A stretch of 16,773 nucleotides of DNA, taken from the NCBI GenBank assembly GCA_041946805.1, contig JBHGBC010000134.1, positions 1-16,773 on the forward strand. Reading direction: 5' to 3'. Position 1 is the stretch's first letter. Each line of letters opens with the position of its first letter. The DNA comes from a bacterium (GTDB lineage Bacteria; Hinthialibacterota; Hinthialibacteria; Hinthialibacterales; Hinthialibacteraceae). The translations under genes and the position numbers were made by a program. The notes beneath the pieces are model-generated. The model worked only from the letters and a program-made list of their open reading frames with translations, was not told the DNA's origin and did no database searches. Shown piece by piece: positions 1 through 9,170 of the stretch.

Positions 1-2023
1 CCCGGTCCTGGATCAGCGCCCGGCGTTCCGATAACGTGGCCGAGGAACGCGGTTGCGCCTGAGGTTGATTGGCCGGAGTCGAAGCATCCGTCCGGCTGGG
101 CGACAGGCTGCGCGTAGCGGCCGGCGTATCCGTGGCCGGATTTGCGTTGCGGCTGGGGCTGGTGGCCCGGGATTCTTGCGTGGCCGCGGGCTTCATCTCT
201 TTGCGGGCCGCGTTGCCCCGGTCCTGGGTCATCGTCCGGCGCTGGCTGAGCGACACTTTTCCAGGAGTCGGCGAGCTGGAATTAGCCGTTTTCGCTTCCT
301 CACGAACCCTGGAGGTATCCCGGCCCGGTTGAGCCGCCCGGAGGCTCTCACCCGTCTGTTCGGTTCCCGCGCGGGCGGGAGAGACCGAGGTGGGAGACTG
401 ACCGGTGCTTCCCTCAGCCCGGGGAGCCTTACTTCCCTGACCGCGGACCGGTTCAACTGCCGCGGGCGTGGTTCCGGCATTCGGATCTGCCGCGTTGCCC
501 CGCGTCGCCGAAACATCGCGTCCCGTCTGGCTGGCGCGAGCCGCGTTCACCGGTTCGGTTCCGGCGGGAAGCGCCGTGGAGTTCACGTCCGCGCCGGCCG
601 CCCCGCGTTCCGGCTTGGTTTCCACGGCGCGCCGGGGGGAAATCTGGACCGCCGCTTCCGGCCCCATCGTGACGTTGCGGATCTCGGACGGATTCAGGCT
701 GGCGATGGCCTTTTTACTGAATTCCCCGTTATCGAAGTCGCGCTTGTTCATCACGGTCACCGCGTTGGGAGCGTTCACGTTCTGGTAGTTGTGCGTCGAG
801 TAATCGTAATAGTTGGTCGAATTGTCAATATGCACGGAATTGTCGATATAAGTGCTATTGTTCTCATACTTGATCCGGGTGTAGCCGTAATGATGGTGGT
901 AATAGTACGGATACGGGTCCAGCGGTCCCAGCGGGAACCAGCCCACGCACGGATAATCGGAGTAGTACCCGCCGGAGCCAAAAGCGAAGCTGTAATACCG
1001 GCCATGATGCGAGTACGAGAACGAAACCAACGCCGGCCACCATAGCGGACGCGAGTAGTAATAGGGGCGATGATGGACCACGTAAACATCCGGTCCTGGA
1101 ACCCAGCACCAGTTGTAGCGGTTCACATAGACCCAACGGCCGTAATGGTAGGGAACCCATCCCCACGGTTCGTATGAAATCCACGTCCATCCGCAGTAAT
1201 CCCGCCACACCCAGCGGCCGTCGCGGTACGGAGCCCAGGTATCCACCACCACGGCGGGACGCCAGACCCGGCCGTATTCGGGGATTTCCACCCAGGCGCC
1301 ATACCGGTCGAGATCGCTGTAGCCGGCCACGCGGGGATTGACATATTGATCGCTGCGGCTGGCCGCCAGAATGGCATCGCGCATGTGGCACCATTGATCG
1401 AAATCGTCTTCCTGACGGATTTTTTCCACGATCAGGTCATTCGGATCGGCGGCGTTGATCCGCGCCTGCTGGCCGCGCTTCAGGCTTAGCAGGTCCTTTT
1501 CGCCCTTGGCGATGTCGACGCTGCCACGCTTGACCATAATGACCGTGTAGCCGGCTTCATCGGCGTCGAAGCGGACGTTACCCCATTCGTAAATGCCGGC
1601 CTGGAATGTTTTGGACTGCACTTCGATGGGCGTCCGGGTATAGGCCACCTTGGTGGCGTTGACATCCAGAGAGCCTTTCAGCAGTCCCACGCGGATCATC
1701 GTGTCTTCCAGGTTGGCGAAATGGAAATACGTATCGCCGTTCAGCCGGAGAACAATGCCGTCCTCCAGTTGGACTTCCGCCCGGCCCCCGATGCCGGTAT
1801 ACAATTTATCCCCCACCAGGAGCGGGAGATTCAGGGTGGCGTCCACCCAGTCCTCGTCCGTGGTGCGCTGGGTGGTGACAGGACCCTCGATGTAGGAAAT
1901 CCGCGCCACGCGAGGCTTGAATTCTGTTTCCTTCGTGGTTTGTGACAAGGCGGCCGCGCCGGTTACGCCGATAAGCGTCACCGTGGCCAGAAAAAGTTGG
2001 AATAATCGCCGGATCGGTTTCAT
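1..2023 (-). CDS. Secreted FecR-like/DUF6600-family protein with long low-complexity C-terminal tail; partial, 3' end beyond the left edge (>=674 aa)
   Basis: Manual translation from ATG at 2023 (GAGG SD just upstream): MKPIRRLFQLFLATVTLIGVTGAAALSQ (signal peptide), RVARISYIEGPV..DWVDATLNLPLLVGDKLYTG..GRAEVQLEDG (FecR-like beta domain), then DLDRYGAWVEIPEYGRVWRP..WAPYRDGRWVW..GWTWISYEPWGWVPYHYGRW (Trp/Gly/Tyr-rich DUF6600-type block). No stop found in this frame, which explains its absence from the ORF track. Confidence 0.85.
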   Translation of the reverse strand, partial: MKPIRRLFQLFLATVTLIGVTGAAALSQTTKETEFKPRVARISYIEGPVTTQRTTDEDWVDATLNLPLLVGDKLYTGIGGRAEVQLEDGIVLRLNGDTYFHFANLEDTMIRVGLLKGSLDVNATKVAYTRTPIEVQSKTFQAGIYEWGNVRFDADEAGYTVIMVKRGSVDIAKGEKDLLSLKRGQQARINAADPNDLIVEKIRQEDDFDQWCHMRDAILAASRSDQYVNPRVAGYSDLDRYGAWVEIPEYGRVWRPAVVVDTWAPYRDGRWVWRDYCGWTWISYEPWGWVPYHYGRWVYVNRYNWCWVPGPDVYVVHHRPYYYSRPLWWPALVSFSYSHHGRYYSFAFGSGGYYSDYPCVGWFPLGPLDPYPYYYHHHYGYTRIKYENNSTYIDNSVHIDNSTNYYDYSTHNYQNVNAPNAVTVMNKRDFDNGEFSKKAIASLNPSEIRNVTMGPEAAVQISPRRAVETKPERGAAGADVNSTALPAGTEPVNAARASQTGRDVSATRGNAADPNAGTTPAAVEPVRGQGSKAPRAEGSTGQSPTSVSPARAGTEQTGESLRAAQPGRDTSRVREEAKTANSSSPTPGKVSLSQRRTMTQDRGNAARKEMKPAATQESRATSPSRNANPATDTPAATRSLSPSRTDASTPANQPQAQPRSSATLSERRALIQDR

Positions 2024-2280
2024 GGCCGTACCCTCTGCTCTACGAGAGATGAATGACATACAATCCTATATTCGTACCGGAGGGAGAGCCGGCTAGCATT
2101 TTGTCAGTCCGGACCGCGGATGACTTATCGATTACGATTCTCCCCGGGATCGGGCCAGACCGCACCCTCAATCCCCTTCCCGGTAGTATAGCATACCGAC
2201 CCTATTCCGCCGAAACGGAAGAAGATGGGGAGAGGGAGAATCAGCCTTTCCCGGCCGGGCGTTCTGGCGAAGAAGTTATA

Positions 2281-2308
2281 TTTATCATAATTTACTGATT
2301 GATATAAT
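2281..2308 (+). promoter_or_regulatory. Putative sigma70 promoter with extended -10 (TGaTATAAT) for the 2376 gene
   Basis: TG at 2300-2301 and perfect TATAAT at 2303-2308 inside an AT-rich patch, about 70 nt upstream of ATG 2376; weak -35 (TTTATC 2281-2286). Confidence 0.55.
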
Positions 2309-2375
2309 CTTACATATTAATTCTTCGAGTACAATCTTAGTGGTGTTTCCGATATTGATCACGCCATTTTGAGAG

Positions 2376-3344
2376 ATGGAGCCTGTACGATTCGTTATGG
2401 TAGATTCCACCGTTTCCTGCGCATTGTACGGAGAGATAGCCCTGGGACAGGCGTATCGGATCCTGGGATTGGGCAACCGGGATCCCCAGTCGCCCGCCTA
2501 TGGATGTTTCGACCGGTATTATTGGCATTACCGGCAGGTGGATTTCGTGAACGCCCGGTTTCAGGAGGCGGGCCATTTCCTGGCCTTGCTTTACAAGTAT
2601 CCACACGCGGAAAACCGTTTTTATCAAGCCGGCCGGATTCGCGAATGGGCGATGGCGGCCGTCCGCTTCTGGGCGCGGATTCAGCGGGGTGACGGGAGTT
2701 TCGACGAGTATTGGCCCTTCGAGCGTTCGTTCTGCGTCACGTCGTTCACCCTTTACGCAGCCGCGGAGACCTGCCGCCTCTTGTCCCAAGCTCCACCGGC
2801 CGACGCGGTGGTCCGCGCGGCGCGGTGGTTGATAAAACATGAAAATCCCCGGGTCATGAACCAGATGGCCGCTTCCGCCACCGCCCTGCGCCTGGCGGGG
2901 GAAATCCTGCAGGACGACGGCCTGCTGCAGGCCGCGCGCCGGCGCGTGGAACGCCTGTTGGAGGGACAACATCCCGAAGGCTATTTCGTGGAGTACGGGG
3001 GGTATGACATCGGGTACCAGACCATCACCCTTTCCTGTCTGGCCAACTATTATCTGCATACCAGGGACACGGCGGTCCGCGAGGCGGCGCGGGCCGGGTT
3101 CCGGTTCCTGGACGGCCGGATCCGCGAAAATGGAACCTACGACTACCAGGCCACCAGCCGCAAGACGCAATATTTATACCCGTTTGGCTTCCGGGTGTTG
3201 GAAGAATGGGAGCTTCTCTCCCGTCACCGGGCGGGACTTCTGAAAAACGAGGTGCTCAATCCCGCGTGGCTGGACGACCGCTATTGCCTGCCCCTGGCGG
3301 CCGATTATCTCCAAACCGCCGTCTATGACGCCGGTGCGGCATAA
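2376..3344 (+). CDS. Conserved hypothetical protein, probable alpha/alpha-toroid fold, possibly glycan-related
   Basis: 322-aa ORF with natural protein composition and motifs DPQSPAYGCFDRYYWHY, QRGDGSFDEYWPFE, QHPEGYFVEYGGYDIGYQT. The repeated QxxDG/QxxEG helix-turn motifs resemble those of alpha/alpha toroid enzymes. Start position approximate. Confidence 0.75.
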   Translation: MEPVRFVMVDSTVSCALYGEIALGQAYRILGLGNRDPQSPAYGCFDRYYWHYRQVDFVNARFQEAGHFLALLYKYPHAENRFYQAGRIREWAMAAVRFWARIQRGDGSFDEYWPFERSFCVTSFTLYAAAETCRLLSQAPPADAVVRAARWLIKHENPRVMNQMAASATALRLAGEILQDDGLLQAARRRVERLLEGQHPEGYFVEYGGYDIGYQTITLSCLANYYLHTRDTAVREAARAGFRFLDGRIRENGTYDYQATSRKTQYLYPFGFRVLEEWELLSRHRAGLLKNEVLNPAWLDDRYCLPLAADYLQTAVYDAGAA

Positions 3345-3397
3345 AACGAGACTCAAATCCCGGGCCTTCTTCGAGCAATCCGAGCGGAATGATAGGC

Positions 3398-3763
3398 TTA
3401 TTTCGTGGCCACTTTGGGAAGGAAATAATTGACCTTCTCTTTCAAATCGGTCAGATCACCCGATTTCACGACAAACGCGTCGGCGTTCCAACTCATGAAG
3501 TTATCCTGGTAGTGGGGATAGGCCGAGTGAATGATCACGGGACGTTTCCGGTCCTGGTTCAGCAAGCGGGAGATGGTTTCGAGGCCGTCCATGCCCGGCA
3601 TGCGGATGTCGACGATCACCAGGTCCGGATTTTCCCTCTCGCACAATCGCAGGCCTTCAAAACCATCCTTGGCGACCACCACATCATACCCCTCATCCCG
3701 CAGTTCCGCTTGATACAGTTGGCGCAGGTACACCTCGTCATCAATGACTAAGATTTTTTTCAC
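3398..3763 (-). CDS. Single-domain response regulator (CheY-like receiver), 121 aa
   Basis: GTG at 3763 with AGGAGG SD 6 nt upstream; KKILVIDDE, DLVIVDIRMPGMDG (phospho-acceptor Asp), IIHSAY, FVVKS. Overlaps the kinase stop codon region. Confidence 0.93.
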   Translation of the reverse strand: MKKILVIDDEVYLRQLYQAELRDEGYDVVVAKDGFEGLRLCERENPDLVIVDIRMPGMDGLETISRLLNQDRKRPVIIHSAYPHYQDNFMSWNADAFVVKSGDLTDLKEKVNYFLPKVATK

Positions 3764-5918
3764 TTGGGACCTCCTGACGTTTCGGAAGCCGAATGGCCAC
3801 CGTGGTGCCTTTTCCCAAACGGCTGTCCACGCGAAGGGTTCCGCCATGGCCTTGGACGATTCGCTGGGAGACGTGCAAACCCAATCCCGTACCCGCGTGT
3901 TTCGTTGAAAAAAACGGTTCAAAGATCCGGTGGAGATTCTCTTCCGCGATGCCCACACCGGTATCGCGGACCAACACATCCACCCACTGGTTGTCCTCCT
4001 TGGTTTCCAAGGTAATTGTACCACCATTTTCCATGGATTGGATGGCGTTTTGCAGGACGTTGAGCAGCACCTGGCGCATCAGGTTGCGGTCAAAGGGGAC
4101 GGGCGGCAGGTTTTCCTGCAGACGGAGAACCACCTCGATCTCATGGAATTCCAGCTCGGAGCTCAAAAAAGTCAGCACCAGTTTGATGAAGGAATTGAGA
4201 TCCTGGATCTGCGTCATGGGGCTGGAAGGCCGGGCGTAGAAGAGCAGGCGGTTGAGGACATCCTCCAGGCGCAGGGCTTCGTCGCGGACGATGCGCAGAT
4301 GGCTGTACTCGGGATCGCCGGCATCCCGGTTCTTGAGCAGAAGGTTGACGAATCCGCCGATGGCCACCAGAGGGGTGCGGATTTCATGGGCCACCGTGGC
4401 GGCCATCTGGCCGAGCGCGGCGAACTTGCCCGCTTCGAAGAGCTTCTCCTGGCTTTCCCGCAATTGTGAATAGGCGTGCTCGGTTTCTTTCACTTTTTTG
4501 GCCAGTTCCTCCATGGTATTGGCGTGCGCGATAGCCAGGGCCGCCTGCGCCGCCAGGATTTCCAACATCTGGATGTCCTCGCTCCCGATGGCCTGCTTGG
4601 TGATGGCCTTGTCGACGATCAGCACGCCGATGGGATCTTCCTGCACCAGGAGGGGAATCACGGCGAAATGGTCCTGGCCGAGAAGTCCCAGGATGGAGGT
4701 GTCGAACTCCACGTCCGCCTTGCCCTCCTTCACGATAATGGCGCGCCGCCGCCGGATGGATTTCACCAGGATGGACGATTCGTGGGTTAAGGGAACCGCC
4801 AGTTTTTTCACCATCTGGTTGACGTGATAGTCGCCTTGGCCCACGTGATCCAGGTAGGCCTGCAATCGTTTGGCCAGCGTGTCCTTGGGAATGGTTTGTT
4901 CCAGCTGGCTCCAGATGCGGTTGGCCTCCTCCGGGCTGGAAGGGCCCAGCGCGATCCGGCCCTCGAGCATGCGGCGGTCCTTGTCCACCAGCAGAATAAA
5001 CGCGCGGTTGAAGCGGAAAGTCTCGCCGGCGGTGGCCGCGATCAGGATCAGCCGCAGGCGTTGATCCAGTGTTTCGGTGCGATGAAACAACTGCGTGATG
5101 TCATGCAGGTTGGAAAGAGCGCGGGTGCGTTCCGCCACGAGTTTTTCCAGATTGCCGGAATACTCCGCCAGTTGTTTTTCAATCCGCTTGCGGTGGCTGA
5201 TGTCCCGCTGCACGCAAATGAATCCCAGGATTTTTTTGGTTTCCGAAAAGATGGGGGTGATGCGCACTTCCACGTTTATGGGCGCGCGGTTCCCTTGCAG
5301 CCAGATCATTTCCCCCGCCCAGTTTTGCCCCTTGAGCACGCATTGCCAGATGTCCTTGTGCACGACGGGAGGATCGTGTTCGCTCCAGAATTGCCGCAGG
5401 TTGCGCCCCAGGATTTTCTCCGGCGGCAGGGCGATCATTTTCTCGAAGGCTGGATTCGCGTAAAAGATCAAGCCTTGCTCGTCGAACAACAGGATGGAAT
5501 CGTCGGCCGATTCGATCGCCGTCTTGAAATTCCGCAGTTCCTGCTCCAGGGTCAGGATGCCGGTGTTGTCTTCCAGAAACAAACAGCAATATCCTTCCCG
5601 GCGCAGCGGGTGCAGGTGGACACGGATTTCCCTTCCCCGCGTGGTGATCAACGTCAGGAACAGGGGAAACTTGGCGGGAGCGGTAAGCGAAGCATGAAAG
5701 ACACTGGAGTCCATGTCCGGAGAGATTAAATCCTGGATGGTTTTGCCGAGCAAATCCGAACTCAGGAGGATCTGTTCCGCCTCGGGATTGTGCTGGACGA
5801 TTCGCGCGCCCGGATCGGTGATCAGGATGCCGATAGGCGCGTGGGTAAATATTTCCTCGTACAGGGTATCCGATCCGGTTTCGGACAACCGGGGCGTGTT
5901 GGGATCCAACTCGGGCAT
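3741..5918 (-). CDS. Cytoplasmic sensor histidine kinase (PAS-PAS-GAF-HisKA-HATPase)
   Basis: H-box AHEIRTPL, N-box QVLLNVLQNAIQSM, G1 DTGVGI, F IFEPFFSTK, G2 GTGLGL; PAS (IFYANPAFEKM..FICVQRDISHRKRIE); GAF (FAVIPLLVQEDPIGVLIVD). ATG 5918 has GGAG 6 nt upstream; GTG 5930 is the alternative start. Confidence 0.95.
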   Translation of the reverse strand: MPELDPNTPRLSETGSDTLYEEIFTHAPIGILITDPGARIVQHNPEAEQILLSSDLLGKTIQDLISPDMDSSVFHASLTAPAKFPLFLTLITTRGREIRVHLHPLRREGYCCLFLEDNTGILTLEQELRNFKTAIESADDSILLFDEQGLIFYANPAFEKMIALPPEKILGRNLRQFWSEHDPPVVHKDIWQCVLKGQNWAGEMIWLQGNRAPINVEVRITPIFSETKKILGFICVQRDISHRKRIEKQLAEYSGNLEKLVAERTRALSNLHDITQLFHRTETLDQRLRLILIAATAGETFRFNRAFILLVDKDRRMLEGRIALGPSSPEEANRIWSQLEQTIPKDTLAKRLQAYLDHVGQGDYHVNQMVKKLAVPLTHESSILVKSIRRRRAIIVKEGKADVEFDTSILGLLGQDHFAVIPLLVQEDPIGVLIVDKAITKQAIGSEDIQMLEILAAQAALAIAHANTMEELAKKVKETEHAYSQLRESQEKLFEAGKFAALGQMAATVAHEIRTPLVAIGGFVNLLLKNRDAGDPEYSHLRIVRDEALRLEDVLNRLLFYARPSSPMTQIQDLNSFIKLVLTFLSSELEFHEIEVVLRLQENLPPVPFDRNLMRQVLLNVLQNAIQSMENGGTITLETKEDNQWVDVLVRDTGVGIAEENLHRIFEPFFSTKHAGTGLGLHVSQRIVQGHGGTLRVDSRLGKGTTVAIRLPKRQEVPSEKNLSH

Positions 5919-6396
5919 GATCGTCTCCACTCCTGCATGAATGGCTTTATTCTACTGAAAGGGCGCGGGGAAGACAATCATTTGTTTTTCCGGCTTGATT
6001 GTCCCGCGCGCCGTGGCATGCTCTTTTCGGATGGAAGGATGATGGAATAGGAGTACATCAGATCCTTGAACATGAAAGCCGGATTACGGATCAATCCGGT
6101 TAATCGGATTCATAGCCAAACAATCCCCTCTCCCCCCGGGAGAGGACTCGCGTGAGGGAAAGATATACCATCGCGGAGGAAGGCCGGGAAACGTCGCCCC
6201 GCGCACCTGTTTTCCCATTGGAATCGTTGGAGATGGCGGCCTGGTCCACACTGGGAGACCGCCCCGCAGCGCTGGATCCCCGCTAGCGCGGGGATGACAT
6301 CCAAGGCGGCATTTGGAATGACCTTCCATCCTGACGCTGAAATCTCGCGGAAATATCCTGAAATGATGGGATGAACCGCCTGGGAGGATGAAACAC

Positions 6397-6717
6397 ATGG
6401 CCGACCGCTCGAGGCTGGAAACGTTGCTGCAAATGGTCCGGGACGATCCGGAGGATGCGTTCTCCCGCTACGCCCTGGCCTTGGAATACAAGAAACTGGA
6501 TGATACGCATCGGGCCCTTACCGAACTGGAAGAGGTGATCCGCCGGCATCCGGATTATGCCGCCGCCTATTTCATGGCGGGGCAGTACCTGGAGGGGGAA
6601 GGGCGGCGGATTGAAGCCGCCGCCCGCCTGCGGGAAGGAATCGGGGCGGCGCGGCGGTCCAAAGATCAGCACGCGCTGTCGGAAATGCAGGACTTTCTGG
6701 AATCGTTGAATGCGTGA
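6397..6717 (+). CDS. Small tetratricopeptide-repeat protein
   Basis: DPEDAFSRYALALEY, HPDYAAAYFMAGQYL TPR-type helices. GGAGG at 6383-6387 abuts ATG 6388, so ATG 6397 (9 nt spacing) is preferred. Confidence 0.88.
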   Translation: MADRSRLETLLQMVRDDPEDAFSRYALALEYKKLDDTHRALTELEEVIRRHPDYAAAYFMAGQYLEGEGRRIEAAARLREGIGAARRSKDQHALSEMQDFLESLNA

Positions 6718-8119
6718 AGCCACTTTGCCCTCAGCCCAACGAATCGAAAAAGGGCCGCTTTGGATCCTGACCGGCGCCGCCGCGCTGCTGACGGCCGCGG
6801 GGATCGCCAGCCCTCCCTATTCCGCGCTGGCAGTGCTGGGGGCGGTGGTGTCGGGATTGATCCTCATCGCCCGGCCGGATGTCGCGTTCGCCCTGATTTT
6901 GGGCCTCGAGTCGCTGTTCACGGAAGATGTTCTGCTGGTCAACGAGCAGTTGGAACAGACCCTTTACAAAGTTTCCCTGCCTTACCTGGGCCTGAACGTG
7001 TTCGAGGCGGCCTTGATCCTTCTGGCCCTGGTGACTTTTTTGCAGCAACGGGGCGTGATTCATGGGACCCGCCTGGATTTATCCCTGGCCGGTTTCGGAG
7101 TGGCCTGCCTGGCGGGGTACATCGCCTGCCTGCTGTACTACAAGAATCCCGCGTTGTTGTTCGAGCCCCGGCGTTTGATGCACTTGTTCGTGGCCTATTA
7201 CCTCACCGTGAACCTGCTGCGGACAAAAGCATCCATGCAAATGTTTCTGACGATTCTGTTCGCGGCGGTGGCTCTGAAGGCGATGGAAGGGGCGTATCTG
7301 TTCACCGCCGGGCAGGGGCTGCAAATCAAGTGGAAAATCCGGGCCATCTTCACGGACTGGGCCGATTCGCTGATGTTCGTGACTTACCTGCTGCTCCTCG
7401 CCGCTTTTCTGGTTGAGCGGGCGCCGTTTCCGGGCAAATGGATTTTCACGGCCTTCTCGCCGGTGGTGTTCTTCAGCCTTCTGGTTTCATACAAACGGGC
7501 CTATTACATCGCCCTGCTGGCCGGGCTGGCGGCGCTGTTTTGGATCCAGGGACATAAATCCCGCTTCCGTCTGTTACTGATCAGCGGGGCCGCGGCGGTG
7601 ATCCTCGCGGGCTTGATCACGGTCACGGACCAATGGACGGCGGTGGGTTTGCGCGTCGACTCCATCCTGCATCCGACCAAGGAGAGCAGCGCCAATTACC
7701 GGCTGGTCGAGTGGCAAAACGCGCTCATCTGCATCCGCAGGAATCCCCTGTTCGGCATCGGGCTGGGAGGGATTATGCCGATGGAGATCTGGTTGTCCCG
7801 GACCAATCTGTTAGGCGTGCATAACACGTTTTTGTGGGTGGCGGTGAAGATGGGCGCCTTCGGATTGTTTACGTATCTGCTCGTCCATTTCGCGTTTCTG
7901 CGCCGCCTGCGCCGCCAGAACGTAGTGTTGCGCGATCCCTTCCTGCGGGTGCTCTCGAAAGGGATTTATTGCACTTTCATCGCCTTCCTGGCGGCGCAAC
8001 TGTTCGCCCCCATGTTCGCCCAGATGCGCACCGCCGCCTATCTGGGGATGATTTTCGGAGGGGGCATGATGCTCGCCCGGTATGATCGACTTCAGGAAAC
8101 ATCCAGCCGTCTTCCTTGA
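6710..8119 (+). CDS. O-antigen ligase/Wzy_C-family polytopic membrane protein
   Basis: 469 aa, many hydrophobic segments; SYKRAYYIAL, SANYRLVEWQNALICIRRNPLFGIGLG, GVHNTFLWVAVKMGAFGL match the SR / R..W..A..PLFGxG / HN motifs of the family. Start overlaps the TPR stop. Confidence 0.9.
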   Translation: MREATLPSAQRIEKGPLWILTGAAALLTAAGIASPPYSALAVLGAVVSGLILIARPDVAFALILGLESLFTEDVLLVNEQLEQTLYKVSLPYLGLNVFEAALILLALVTFLQQRGVIHGTRLDLSLAGFGVACLAGYIACLLYYKNPALLFEPRRLMHLFVAYYLTVNLLRTKASMQMFLTILFAAVALKAMEGAYLFTAGQGLQIKWKIRAIFTDWADSLMFVTYLLLLAAFLVERAPFPGKWIFTAFSPVVFFSLLVSYKRAYYIALLAGLAALFWIQGHKSRFRLLLISGAAAVILAGLITVTDQWTAVGLRVDSILHPTKESSANYRLVEWQNALICIRRNPLFGIGLGGIMPMEIWLSRTNLLGVHNTFLWVAVKMGAFGLFTYLLVHFAFLRRLRRQNVVLRDPFLRVLSKGIYCTFIAFLAAQLFAPMFAQMRTAAYLGMIFGGGMMLARYDRLQETSSRLP

Positions 8120-8164
8120 TAGCCGCACTCGGGTCCTGGCGGAATCCGCGGCGGTTATGACAGA

Positions 8165-8473
8165 TTAGATTTTCTCCAGGTTGCCGTACACCGGTTTACC
8201 ATTGTCCCAGATGCAGACAAAGTTTCGTTGTTTGAGGTCTTCTTCCTGGGAAATGACGCCGGCGGGGGTCATTCCTTCCTTGCGGTTTTTGACACGGGGT
8301 TGATCACCGGGCAGAATTTGCCGCCAGATTTCGTATTCCGCCTCATGTTTGGACACGGCAAAGGTCAGTTTTTGATTGACGAATTGCTGGACGATGCTGT
8401 AAAGATCTTTTTTGGGGAGGCGCTTGGTGACTTGGACCTGGATTTGTCCTTCATAGTTTTTCTCGGCCTTCAT
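8165..8473 (-). CDS. Hypothetical protein, 102 aa
   Basis: ATG with AAGGGGGTG SD-like sequence upstream; fills the gap between neighbours; protein-like composition; no family recognised. Confidence 0.75.
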   Translation of the reverse strand: MKAEKNYEGQIQVQVTKRLPKKDLYSIVQQFVNQKLTFAVSKHEAEYEIWRQILPGDQPRVKNRKEGMTPAGVISQEEDLKQRNFVCIWDNGKPVYGNLEKI

Positions 8474-8707
8474 CTCGAAACACCCCCTTGGATTTGAGTC
8501 AGGGCTTACCTGGGGTTAAAGGCTCACCGAGTTTATCTAGAAGTAATCAATCCAACTATAGCTTATTCCATTTTGAATCTCGATACAAGAAAAAAACGAT
8601 TTCTAGCCGCCCCCGAATGACTTTAACCAGGCTGTTCATAATCGTACAGGCTAAACAGGTGTATATTGCCACACGTTCCCCCATTCGGGGAAAAAAAGAG
8701 AGGGCGG

Positions 8708-9103
8708 CTATTCCTTCGCGACCTGATCGAGAACCTCCTTGGCCACGAAAATGGGAGTATGAGTGCGGATAGCCAGGGCGATGGCGTCACTGGGGCGGGA
8801 ATCGACATCCACGTTGCCGCCGTTGGTGGTAAAGTAGATGCGGGCGTAGAAGGTCGAGTCGCGGAGATCGTTGACCACCACGCGCTCCATGCGCGCGCCC
8901 AGCGCTTCTACGATATTAACTGACAAATCGTGAGTTAGAGGCCTTTGGATATGAATATCGTTCAAGGCCAGATGGATCGATTGGGCTTCATAATAACCGA
9001 TCACGATCGGCATCATCCGATGACCATGCTTTTCCTTGAGGATGATGATCTGATCGGCCCCGGTCTCGTCTAGCCGCAATTCATAAAACTCCATCTCGAT
9101 CAT
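8708..9103 (-). CDS. Bifunctional nuclease (DUF151/BFN domain) family protein
   Basis: MPIVIGYYEAQSI, RPLTHDL, TFYARI, VDSRPSDAIALAIRTHTPIFV are signature motifs of the family. Confidence 0.93.
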   Translation of the reverse strand: MIEMEFYELRLDETGADQIIILKEKHGHRMMPIVIGYYEAQSIHLALNDIHIQRPLTHDLSVNIVEALGARMERVVVNDLRDSTFYARIYFTTNGGNVDVDSRPSDAIALAIRTHTPIFVAKEVLDQVAKE

Positions 9104-9170
9104 AGGCGTAACCTTTTGAAATCTCCTCCGCGCAAAGGCTTTCTGGGATTCCCCCCCGCGCCCGTTTGGA

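Noticed and set aside
53..1045. 330-aa plus-strand ORF and other short ORFs in 1-2023
   Set aside because: Antisense or off-frame shadows of the minus-strand gene starting at 2023; Arg/Gly-rich with no motifs.
2337..3170. 277-aa minus-strand ORF
   Set aside because: Antisense to the 2376-3344 gene, which has the recognisable motifs and a promoter.
3764..4027. N-terminal extension of the response regulator in the ORF track
   Set aside because: Lies inside the kinase ATPase domain in another frame; a strong AGGAGG supports GTG 3763.
4824..5729. 301-aa plus-strand ORF
   Set aside because: Antisense shadow of the histidine kinase, expected in GC-rich DNA.
6014..6028. Sigma54-like TGGCAT-N5-TTTC
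   Set aside because: The -12 position reads TC rather than the required GC.
5931..6396. Long divergent intergenic region as possible ncRNA or small ORFs
   Set aside because: Only a short hairpin (about 6079-6099); no recognisable RNA family, and the ORFs lack motifs.
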